A stretch of DNA of 64,000 nt, taken from the NCBI GenBank assembly GCA_050613775.1, contig JBODTK010000106.1:186001-250000 (forward strand), written 5' to 3'. A model generated the notes under the pieces. That model saw only the letters and a program-made list of their open reading frames with translations. It had not been told where the DNA came from and made no database searches. The DNA comes from Neocallimastix sp. 'constans'. Lineage: Eukaryota. Shown piece after piece: positions 48,901 through 59,269 of the stretch. Made by a program: the position numbers and the translations under genes. Position 1 is the stretch's first letter; every line of letters starts with the position of its first letter.

Positions 48901-51519
48901 GAAAATGTAAATTTAATGGACAATAATAATTTTATTGAAAATAACGACATTAATGAAGAAGAAAATAACATATCAAAAGAAAATAATACTGTGAAAAAAA
49001 ACGATTTAATTAAAAATAATCCAAATGAAGAAATAAAATCAAATGAAATTGATAAAAAACACCCTATAAATTCTGGTGATATAAATATTCCTTCGGCTAA
49101 AAATAAAGGCAAAGAAAAAATCAATGAAAATGACGAAAATTTAAATTTTGAAAAAAGTGAAAAAAGTTTTATTAATAAAAATTTTTCAAAAATTGAACCA
49201 AAAATTTCTAAACAGCCATTGGTCAAAATAAATTTATCAGAACCTTGTTCATCAAATAGTAATATAAATAATATTTTAAATAATACCTTATCAACCTCAC
49301 GTGATAAAATTTTACATAAATCTTCATCTGAAAATTTGGAAAATGATAATACACATGATCATAATAATAATACTAATGATCGACATAAAATTATTGAACT
49401 TTCTGATAAAACTATGGATAATAAAAAATTTTCAAAAAATGATGAAAATTTTAATAATAAAAATTTTTTATCAAACAATGACAATAAAATTACAAATTTT
49501 AAAAATTCCAACACACCCATTAATAAAATTACCAATAATTTACCTATTTTATCAAACTCGCATAATGATAATACTTTTAATAATTATACTCTTAATAAGG
49601 CTTCAAATGATACTATTATTTCCAACTCCTCAGTTGATACTTCTTTACAAGACATCGATAATTCTAATACTCAAGATTCACGAAAAATTGATATTAATAT
49701 TTCTAATAATTCCAATTTTAACAATTCAACCAATACCACTAATAATTTGCAATACGATGATAATCTATACCAAGATAACCAGTCTCTTACATCAATTGCC
49801 CATAACATTATTAAATCTAATGAAAATGAAATTATGGATGATATAATGATTAATAACGATGAAATTAATAATTCTCATTCTTCCAGAAAACGTCCTTTAC
49901 CCCCAAATTCTCCCGATTCCAAAACAGTTATTCCTTCCACTCTTAGAACTTTAAGAAGAAAGTTGGATATTGATGATTCTTATATGATCGCTTCTATTTA
50001 TTCTGATTCTCCAAATAGCTATGATGAAGCCATTAGTTGCAAAAATAAAAATTACTGGATTAATGCCATTAAAGATGAGCTAAATAATTTATATTCAAAT
50101 AAGATTATGACTTTTGTTTCAAAAGTTCCTCCTGGAAAAAATATTATTTCTACGAAATGGGTTTTTGCTACTAAGAGGGATAGTAATAATTTTATTTACA
50201 AATATAAAGCTCGTCTGGTTGCCAGAGGCTTCCGTCAAAAATGGGGTATTGATTATGATCTTACGTATTCCCCAACTTTAAATATTGATAGTCTTAAACT
50301 CATTTTTGCTTTATCTGCTGCTTTTCATTGGGACATTTTTCAACTTGATATTAAGGCTGCTTACCTTAATGCTCCTCTCGACAAGGATATTTACACTACC
50401 ATTCCTAAAGGCGATATAAACTTTGGGAGGGGATACTGGAAACTAAACAAAGCATTATATGGCCTTAAGCAATCCGGTAGACAGTGGTACGAAACAATAA
50501 GAAAATTTTTAATTAATAATAATTTTGAACAAATAAAAGCCGAACAATGCATATTCAAACATACAATAAATAATAAAACAAAATGTATAATTGGACTCTA
50601 TGTTGATGACATGGTCATTGCCGGTGAAATAAAATTTATCAAAGATATAATATCAAAAATTAAAAGAAAATTCAAAATATCAAATTGTGGACCAATCGAA
50701 TATATTTTAGGTATTAAAGTAGAAAAACAAAATAATAGTTATATAATTTCACAGAAAAGTTTTATTGAAAATATGTTAGAAAAATTCAATATAAGCAATA
50801 CTCGAAAAAGAAAAACACCCTGCACAGGAGACAATGATATATCCGAAAATAAAAAGCCTTTCGATAAAACAATATACAAAAGTGCAATTGGATCCTTAAT
50901 TTATTTATCAAAATGTACAAGGCCGGAAATCTCTTTCGCCGTTAATAAAGCTTCCAGAAAATGTGAACAACCAACAATTTCAGACTGGAACAAAGTAATA
51001 AATATTTTAAAATATATAAATAGTACAAAAGATTATAAAATTAAATATGATGGAAAGGGGGAGTTAATTGCATACACGGACTCAGATTTCGCAGGCGATA
51101 AAATTGATAGAAAGTCTACTTCAGGTGGAATTATTTTAATGGGAAAAAGTCCTATATGCTGGATATCTAAAAAACAAACGTGCGTTGCTACTTCTACCGC
51201 AGAGGCCGAATATATAAGTACTTCAGAAAACGTCAAGAAAATATTATGGATAAGAAACATTATTAAAGAAATATTAAATAAGAAATTAAATATAACAATC
51301 TACACTGATAATCAAGCAAGTAAATGTATAATGGAAAATGGTGAAATCAATACTAAGTTAAAACATATAGATGTCAGATACCATTTCAATAGAGATAACA
51401 TATTAAAGAAAAGAATAAATCTAAAATATATAGACACGGAAAACATGCTAGCCGACATATTAACAAAAGATTCAAATGGTGCAAAAATACTAAAATTTAC
51501 AAATAATATTTTTATATAA
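45985..51519 (+). CDS. Copia B gag-pol polyprotein, 1844 aa, uninterrupted
   Basis: LRGKSNFNEW; CHICDMNGHSTKEC; FYDTGAGEH; WHRRLGH..CIDC; SDGGKEY; YVDD; TDSDFAGD; ADILTK. Confidence 0.96.
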   Translation: MPQETTLAKDQRLRGKSNFNEWKLFIVTAAKTQGIEDFLEDDIISHLNNEFFVYAPNGNEPTNRVITDILNNLNLPIPGQEPRPVRENNDAPENVNNNALEPLLDNRTKRLIIKEAIKMDAELMLLILKNIDEKIVKEISRLTNSYRIMEKLKGKYGNNNADMEYWLKILKSLKPKNKNEVIKMLDQAKEIFVEMEEVDLGITNKEKLKYLYNILTDDYKNIVQFDLNSDADEYLDTLKRIISARSYVENWDDIKEKDEDDDPMDLDYLSKRKRTTKLNKKPSSSINNKKNKHKYKKDNKSYCHICDMNGHSTKECHFNLKSKENNIKNQYNNKKGRQNQQQEKKSLNYLVNSRNYNDYRNNSTPKYTKNEDYSDNASNYDENFDFEDARALMYQRKQNNKYINLLEVIPNNNKNTRDFDNIYDKSIDFINHSNLITDDVTWFYDTGAGEHVTNDKSLLVNFKYESVKLCCANGSICQFEGYGTYECFINKQYIKLEKVLFSKNVHKNLISGIELAKSGFISLIDSSDGEKARLKLWDKNKTNLGTFLSSKYNQFPIKTQHLNSNKIIGNDIMHIGKLDDKSIEIWHRRLGHFYQSNLPKYLDLHNIKAPPCIDCKISKMRRGSHKGKTPKATELLEIIHSDISGPYNLSINNKKYFLTMMDEFSRKVWIFTLKSKAEAPDKIIEFFTYLNNQFKDYTIKIFKSDGGKEYKNKKINKYCKENGIEKVYSPPYCPEINGKAEKINNTLRNSAKTLMYWAKLSENFWNFAIKHACYLYNMIPHSGNNNLIPDEVFYNKKVNIKHLRTFGCTCYFRDQSPHKPKFQPNSRKGIFLGFDKKKYSYIIMDKETRKLNYVSDIECVEEEPGNFKYPNNGFQDPYFSFTKMDLDERNMRNRNINDDNNYNDNNLLNENINLNENNILNINNNLNLDNNVNEDNNINIAKDNNENNVLNENNNENNNENNNNNLDNINLNENVNLMDNNNFIENNDINEEENNISKENNTVKKNDLIKNNPNEEIKSNEIDKKHPINSGDINIPSAKNKGKEKINENDENLNFEKSEKSFINKNFSKIEPKISKQPLVKINLSEPCSSNSNINNILNNTLSTSRDKILHKSSSENLENDNTHDHNNNTNDRHKIIELSDKTMDNKKFSKNDENFNNKNFLSNNDNKITNFKNSNTPINKITNNLPILSNSHNDNTFNNYTLNKASNDTIISNSSVDTSLQDIDNSNTQDSRKIDINISNNSNFNNSTNTTNNLQYDDNLYQDNQSLTSIAHNIIKSNENEIMDDIMINNDEINNSHSSRKRPLPPNSPDSKTVIPSTLRTLRRKLDIDDSYMIASIYSDSPNSYDEAISCKNKNYWINAIKDELNNLYSNKIMTFVSKVPPGKNIISTKWVFATKRDSNNFIYKYKARLVARGFRQKWGIDYDLTYSPTLNIDSLKLIFALSAAFHWDIFQLDIKAAYLNAPLDKDIYTTIPKGDINFGRGYWKLNKALYGLKQSGRQWYETIRKFLINNNFEQIKAEQCIFKHTINNKTKCIIGLYVDDMVIAGEIKFIKDIISKIKRKFKISNCGPIEYILGIKVEKQNNSYIISQKSFIENMLEKFNISNTRKRKTPCTGDNDISENKKPFDKTIYKSAIGSLIYLSKCTRPEISFAVNKASRKCEQPTISDWNKVINILKYINSTKDYKIKYDGKGELIAYTDSDFAGDKIDRKSTSGGIILMGKSPICWISKKQTCVATSTAEAEYISTSENVKKILWIRNIIKEILNKKLNITIYTDNQASKCIMENGEINTKLKHIDVRYHFNRDNILKKRINLKYIDTENMLADILTKDSNGAKILKFTNNIFI

Positions 51520-51995
51520 AAATCTCATTTGAGGGGGAGTGATAACTACTTAATAATTATACTATATATTTATTTATATTATTTTATATATTTATTTATT
51601 ATGTAATTTATTAAAGTGTACTTGTGTTAATGTTTTATGTAAATTAGTTAATACGTTTATTTTATATTGTATAAACTATGTCAACAATCATTTTAATTAT
51701 TTTGTGTAACATGTATTTACGTAACAAATGTATTCATGTGATATAGTTCTATATAAACATCATGAATGTACTATCCACTTCTCTCTTTGTTAACCATAAT
51801 ACTTTCGTATTATTATATTAAATAAATAAACAACATATATCAATAATAATAAAAATAAATATATTATGTTTATTTTAAAAAATTTTTTTTTGTTTTTTAT
51901 ATATTTTATTTTTTAATAGTAAAATTTTTGAGAAAGATCAATATTTAAAGCGATAGAAAATTCTATTATTTTTTCATTTATATATTTTCCTTTTT

Positions 51996-52032
<37 letters not shown>

Positions 52033-52186
52033 ATGTTCATTTAATATTACATAATGCTTTTATATATATATATACGAATATATGAAAATACATATCTATT
52101 ACTTTTATTGTTTAAATTACTATATATTATCATCATACAAACTTTTTTTTTTTTTTTTAAAAAAAAGTATATATTGGAGATTTAAA

Positions 52187-52219
<33 letters not shown>

Positions 52220-52471
52220 CTTATTTAACTTATAGCTTAATATTTATTAAAACTTATTTCTACCTATAATAATATATAAAATAATAATAAAATAATAAAA
52301 AAAAAAAAAAAAAAAAAAAATAGAATAAAAATGGAATAAAAATTAAAATAAAAATTAAAATAAGTTAGAAAAATATCCAATTATACTCTTTCCTCCAACC
52401 GAAATATATATTATTGTTGCTATAAAACTTAATCATTATTAATTCGTAAGTTCATCTTTACAATTTTGGTA

Positions 52472-53486
52472 CAGACTTAACTTTCTTAGATAAGAAAAAC
52501 TTTATATAAATATATATATATATTAAATATATATATTATTTATCTCATGAATGAATCTAAATTTTCTTAAAAATTCCAACACATCCATTAATAAAATTAC
52601 CAATAATTTATCTATTTCATCAAATTCGAAAAATGATAATACTTTTAATAATTATACTCCTAATAAGGCTTCAAATGATAATATTATTTCCAACTCCTCA
52701 TTTGATATTTCTTCGCAAGACATCAATAATTCTAATACTCAAGATTCACCAAAAATTGATATTAATATTTCTGATAATTCCAATTTTAACAATCCAATCA
52801 ATACCAATAATAATCTGCAATACGATGATAATTTATACCAAGATAATCAGTCTCTTACATCAATTGCTCATAATATTATTAAATATAATGAAAATGAAAT
52901 TATGGATGATATAATGATTAGTAACGATGAATTTAACCATTCTCATTCTTCCAGAAAACGTCCTTTACACCAAATTCTCCCGATTCCAAAACAATTATTC
53001 CTTCTACTCTTAAAATTTTAAAAAGAAAGTTGGATATTGATGATTCTTATATGATCGCTTCTATTTATTCTGATTCCCCACATAGCTATGATGAAGCTAT
53101 TAGTTGCAAAAATAAAAATCATTGGATTAATGCCATTAAAGATGAATTAAATAATTTATATTCAAATAAGATCATGACTTTTGTTTCAAAAGTTCCTCCT
53201 GGAAAAAACATTATTTCTACGAAATGGGTTTTTGCTACTAAGAGGGATAGTAATAATTTTATTTACAAATATAAAGCTCGTCTGGTTGCCAGAGGCTTCC
53301 GTCAAAAATGGGGTATTTTGCTTACCTTAATGCTCCTCTCAACAAGGATATTTACACTACCATTCCTAAAGGCGATATATTTTGATGCAGACTTAACTTT
53401 CTTAGATAAGAAAAACTTTATATAAATATATATATATATTAAATATATATATTATTTATCTCATGAATGAATCTAAATTTTCTTAA
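52472..53486. repeat. 99-bp direct repeats (52472-52570 and 53388-53486) flanking the Copia fragment
   Basis: cagacttaactttcttagataag...gaatctaaattttcttaa is present on both sides. Confidence 0.92.
52568..53379 (+). pseudogene. Degenerate internal fragment of a Copia B-family element (IN-RT linker plus RT start)
   Basis: Aligns by eye to ~49500-50417 with substitutions, a frameshift and a ~105-nt deletion; no LTRs. Confidence 0.9.
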
Positions 53487-55183
53487 TGCCTTCTAAAGAA
53501 TAATATTTTTAAATAATAATAATAGTGAATAATGAATTTAACAGTTTTAAACCATTTTTATCAAGAATACTTTAAAAAAAAAATTATACAATATTTTGTA
53601 AATAATGAGAAGATATATAAACTCTATTTCTTGAATCAAAAAAAAAAAAATAAAAATAAAAATAAAATATATATAATATTATTATTATGAGTTATTTTGT
53701 TATTATGAATTATTTTTATTATTTATTATTAGTAATATGTTTATTTTTTAAAAATGTTTTAAAGCAAATTTTGCGAAACGCACACCCCCCAAAAAAATAT
53801 TTTAATATCTTTTTTTTTTTTTACATTAATATATAATACTATTTAAAGTTTAACTGTTGAAAATATATATATATATATATATTAAAGAATGAATCAACAA
53901 CCAATGATAATAATAATAATAATATAAATAAATAATAAAATAATATATTTATTTAATAAAATATATTTATTAAATAACATATTTATTTAATAAAAAATAA
54001 ATATATTAAAAATGTTTTATTTTTAGTTTTATTTTATTATTAAAATTTTAATAAAATAAAAAAATTATATAATATTGATATTGATATTAATAATAAAAAA
54101 ACTATATAATATAGATTTTAATAGTGTCTTTAGTAAAATGATTTTATTTTTAATATTTAAATAATAAAATTATAATCATATATTTAGTTATTTATTACTT
54201 ATATTAAATTATTTATTATTCAGAATAAATTTTCCAATTTTTCCTCACAACAGAATTAATAAATAAAAATTAATAAATAAAAAAAAAAAATATTATTCCA
54301 AATTAAACATTATAATATTTTTAAATAGTAAATATGAAATTAAAAAAAAAAAAAAAAGTAAAAATAATAGGGAACTTCTGTTCACATTTGAATGTTTTCC
54401 GTTTAAAAATATTAGAAGTTGTAGGCATAAAAAAAATTAATAAAATAAAATAAAATAAAATAAAAAAAAAAGATTATACATTTCTAATTGAATAGATATA
54501 GCTATTCTTTATTAATATTTCTAGCAATAATAATAAAAATAAAAATAAAATATTTTTTAAATTATTAACATTTTATTATAAATATATATATATGAATATT
54601 ACAAATTAATTCACTGTATATTAACTATTATTATACATTATATCATGTATATTATATATGTTAAAAATATTACACATTGGTTTTAATTATTAGATTTAGA
54701 GAGGTATAGAGATATATAATTAGATATTTAAAAATAGAGATTTTTTTTTTTTTTTCAATTTGTTAACTTATATTTTTTTTTATATTAATTTTAATCATTA
54801 CTAATTCTAATCATTACTATTTTTAATCATTAATATTTTTAATCATTAATATTTTTAATCATTAATATTTTTAATCATTATTTTTAAACATTAATACTTT
54901 TTTAGTTCCATTAAATTTTTTAATAAATTTAATATCCAATTAAATATTAAATTTAATTAATTTTTATATAAAACTTTTTTAATTCCATTTTTTTTTTTTT
55001 TTTTTTATTATAATTATTGTATATACAGAGATACCTTTTTTTTTTTTTTTTTTAGTTTTTTAATTTTATTATATATATTTATATATGTATTTTTACATAT
55101 TTTTATTTATTAAGAAAGTAAATATTATACTAAAACAAAAAAAAACAAAACAAAAAATAGCATATTAGCAAATAAAAAAAAAT

Positions 55184-56502
55184 ATGAATAACAGTAAAAA
55201 TAAGAAAGATATATTATTAGAAACATATAATGAAAACAAACTTACACCTGAAATATTAGAAAATCTAATAAATGATAATCACCATGATTTATATATATCT
55301 TCTTCCTTAATGGAATTGTTAATAAAAGAGAATGAAATGGTGTTATTAAAAATTATTTTTGATAATTTAAAGCTTTATGATAATGATTTTATTAAATGGT
55401 TACTTTTACTATATAAAAATAAAGCTTTTATTTCTCCAAATAATTTAAATCAAGAAATCTCTAAAAAATAATATAAAATAATAATAGGTTATAACAAAGT
55501 AAATAATTTTTTTCATAATCTTTGTTTTGTTAAAAATTTTAAATTGAAAATATGAATAAAAATTTAATATATTATCTGGTAGAACATGGAGTAGATATAA
55601 ATAATGAAAATATGTTTAAAGAAATGCCATTATTTTATGCATGTAGAAATGGAAATAAAGATTTAGTACAATACTTGGTGGAACGAGGAGCGGATATAAA
55701 AAAATTTAATAAAGATAGTGAAACATCATTATTTAATGCATGAGAAAGTGGAAACAAAAATTTAGTTGAATACATGGTGGAACGCGGAACGGATATTAAT
55801 AAAGAAAATATAAATCGTGAAACACCATTATTTAACGCATGTAGAACTGGAAACAAAAATTTAGTAGAATACTTGATGGAACATGGAGTAGATATAAATA
55901 AAGTTAATAAAAATGATGAAACACCATTATTTATTGGATGCGAAAGTGGAAATAATAATTTAGTAAATCACTTGGTAGAACATGGATTAGATATAAATAA
56001 ATTTAATAAAGATGGTGAAACAGTATTATTTATTGCATGTGAAGTAAATGACAAAAATACAATAGAATACTTGGTGGAACATGGAGCAGATATAAATAAA
56101 TTTAATAAAGATGGGGAAACAGTATTATTTATTGCATGTAAAAGAAATCATAAAAATATAATAGAATATTTGGTGGAACATGGTGCAGATATAAATAAAG
56201 AAAATAAATATGGTGAAACAGTACTATTTATTACATGTAAAGGCAATAGTAAAAATATAATAGAATATTTGGTGGAACATGGTGCAGATATAAATAAAGT
56301 TAATAAAAATGATGAAACACCATTATTTATTGGATGTGAAAGTGGAAATAATAATTTAGTAAATTACTTGGTAGAACATGGATTAGATATAAATAAATTT
56401 AATAAAGATGGTGAAACAGTATTATTTATTGCATGTGAAGTAAATGACAAAAATACAATAAAGATAATATATCGTTTCAATTTTTTTTTTTTTTTTATTT
56501 GA
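55184..56502 (+). pseudogene. Ankyrin-repeat protein gene, disrupted
   Basis: About nine 33-aa repeats (ETPLFxAC..GNKNLVEYLVEHGADINK), with in-frame stops at 55469-55471 (TAA) and 55741-55743 (TGA). Confidence 0.8.
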
Positions 56503-56589
56503 CGTTTAAATCCTACTTCATCATTAAATTTATCATAAATTGAATAAATATATATATAAATAACATACTATTTTATTTTGATTATTTTT

Positions 56590-56622
<33 letters not shown>

Positions 56623-56628
56623 TTTCTT

Positions 56629-56699
<71 letters not shown>

Positions 56700-57050
56700 T
56701 TAATAATACTTTTTTTTGATTTTAATAAATAAATTTTTATTGGTGATTTAAAATATTATAAATACTTAATTATTGATAAAACTAAATTCAATTTTTATAT
56801 TAAAATTTTCTTAATTTCATTTTTTTTTTTTATTTAAATTATCGTCTATATAAAGATATATTTTTTTTGTTTAGTATCTATTTAGTTTCTTTTTTTTTTT
56901 GTTTTATTTTTAATTTTATTATATATATATTTATATATTTTTTATTTATTAAGAAAATAAAATTTAATTAAATAAAAATTATAATAAAACAAAAAACAAA
57001 AAAACAAAAAAACAAAAAAAAATAGCATAGCAGGTAAATATAAAAAAAAT

Positions 57051-57565
57051 ATGAATAATGGTATAAATATGAATGATATATTATTAGAAACATATAATAA
57101 AAGCAAACTTACACCTGAAATATTAGAAAATCTAATAAATGATAATCATCATGATTTATATATATCTTCTTCCTTAATAAAATTATTATTAAAAGTGAAT
57201 GAAATGGAGTTGTTAAAAATTATTTTTGATAATTCGAAGATTTATAATAATGATTTTATTAAATGGTTACTTTTACTTTATATGAATAAAGCTTTTATTT
57301 CTATTAAGGAATTAAATTAAGGAATCTCTAAAGAAGAATGTAAAATAATAATAGATTATGAAAAAGAAGGTAATTCTTTTGATAGTCGTTGTTATTGGAA
57401 GAATTATATAATTGAAAAAATGAATGAATAAAAATATAATATATTATTTAGTAGAACATGGAATAGATATAAATAAAGAAAATATGTTTAAAGAAACACC
57501 ATTGTTTTATGCATTTAAAGGTGGAAAAAAAAAAAGATTTATTTGAATACACCATTATTTAATGA
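57051..57565 (+). pseudogene. Second, truncated paralog of the ankyrin-repeat gene
   Basis: N-terminus nearly matches 55184 (DILLETYN..KLTPEILENLINDNHHDLYISSSL). Stop at 57318-57320, then one decayed ankyrin repeat. Confidence 0.8.
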
Positions 57566-57590
57566 ATTATTTTTTAAAGTTTAACATTAG

Positions 57591-57659
<69 letters not shown>

Positions 57660-57907
57660 AAAGAATGAATCAACAATAAATTGAACCAATGAAAATAATA
57701 ATAATATACTAATAATAAATAATAAAAATAATTCATAATAATTCATAATAATAATAATTATAATAAAAATAATAAAAATAATAATAATAGTAATAATAAT
57801 AATAATAATAATTATAATTCATAATAAAAATAATAATTTGTAATAGAAGTTTCTTTTATGTCCTATATAACTTGAAATTGTAAAAGATTTTAAAAGATTT
57901 TAATTTT

Positions 57908-57938
<31 letters not shown>

Positions 57939-59138
57939 GTTGTATTGTTACACAAAATATCTACAAATGACCGGATAACTTTTTCTATATAGGCAAATTC
58001 ATTAATTAATAAAAGTTCTTTTAACCTTAAATTGAAAAATGGTGTAAACTTTATATATAATATTAATAAAGAAAAAAATAAATAAATATATAAAATGTCC
58101 TACCAAACACAAAAATCAATAAATATTTAATCAATTTTGATTAACAATAGTTAAAATTTTTACTTATATTATTACATCTTTAATATATTATATATTCATA
58201 TATAGCATATGTCCAACCCTAATTTGTTTCTTTTAAATGTTTTGATTCAATTATAAATATCATCAAAATCATACATATAATCATACATACAATACATAAA
58301 TATATATATATATATATATATATATTATACTTTTTAGTAAAGATTACTTAAATTCTTCTGTCCAAGAAATCAAAAATCGAAAAAAAATAAAAAAAAAAAA
58401 TAGATATTTATTTTTTTATTTATTTTTTTATTTATTTTTTATTTATTTATTTATTTATTTTTTATTTATTTTTATTTTAATTTTTATTTTAATTTTTTTT
58501 TTTTTTTTTTTTTTATTTGCTTATAAGTATAAAAAAAATTTTTTCTTTGATTTTTTATTTCTTAATTTCCATATTGTATTATATGTATTGTTCTTTTTTT
58601 TTTTTTTTTTTTTTTATTAATATGTTTTCTTAATTTAATTTCTTAAGTTAAATATATAAATATATTTTTATTTACTTGTATTTTTTATATTAATATTATT
58701 AACCAAAATAAAATTTATTATTAGTATTATTATTATTATTTCTAATTTTTACTGAAAAAATTGTATTAAAAAATAAAATATATATATATTGATAAATTGA
58801 TATTAATATAATACTTATTGAGGTGTTGTAATTATACTTTGATTAATAACTTTTTATTTTTATATTTTATATATATTTATATATAAAATATTAATTGATT
58901 ATTTTTTTTTTTTTGTTTTTTTTTGTTTTGTTTTGTTTTGTTTTGTTTTGTTTTGTTTTGTTTTGTTTTTGTTTTGTTTTGTTTTGTTTTTGTTTTTATT
59001 ATTAATTTTATTTTTGTATCATAATTGCTTTTAATTGCTTTAAAATATTTATTTATTTTTGTAATCTTAAATTAGTTTTTTTTTTTTTTTTTTTTTTTTT
59101 ATGTATTATTATTTCTTGTTTTTTGTTTTTTGCTTTTT

Positions 59139-59174
<36 letters not shown>

Positions 59175-59181
59175 TTTTGGT

Positions 59182-59212
<31 letters not shown>

Positions 59213-59269
59213 TTATTACTTTTTTTTTTCTATTATTGGTTTTATTGTTTAAATTAAAATCATTTAAAA

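Larger units (their letters stand above)
45623..51842 (+). mobile_element. Ty1/Copia LTR retrotransposon B, full-length and apparently intact
   Basis: 303-bp TG..CA LTRs at 45623-45925 and 51540-51842 look identical. TSD ATAAT (45618-45622 / 51843-51847), PBS 45926-45940, PPT tttgagggggag 51528-51539. Confidence 0.97.
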
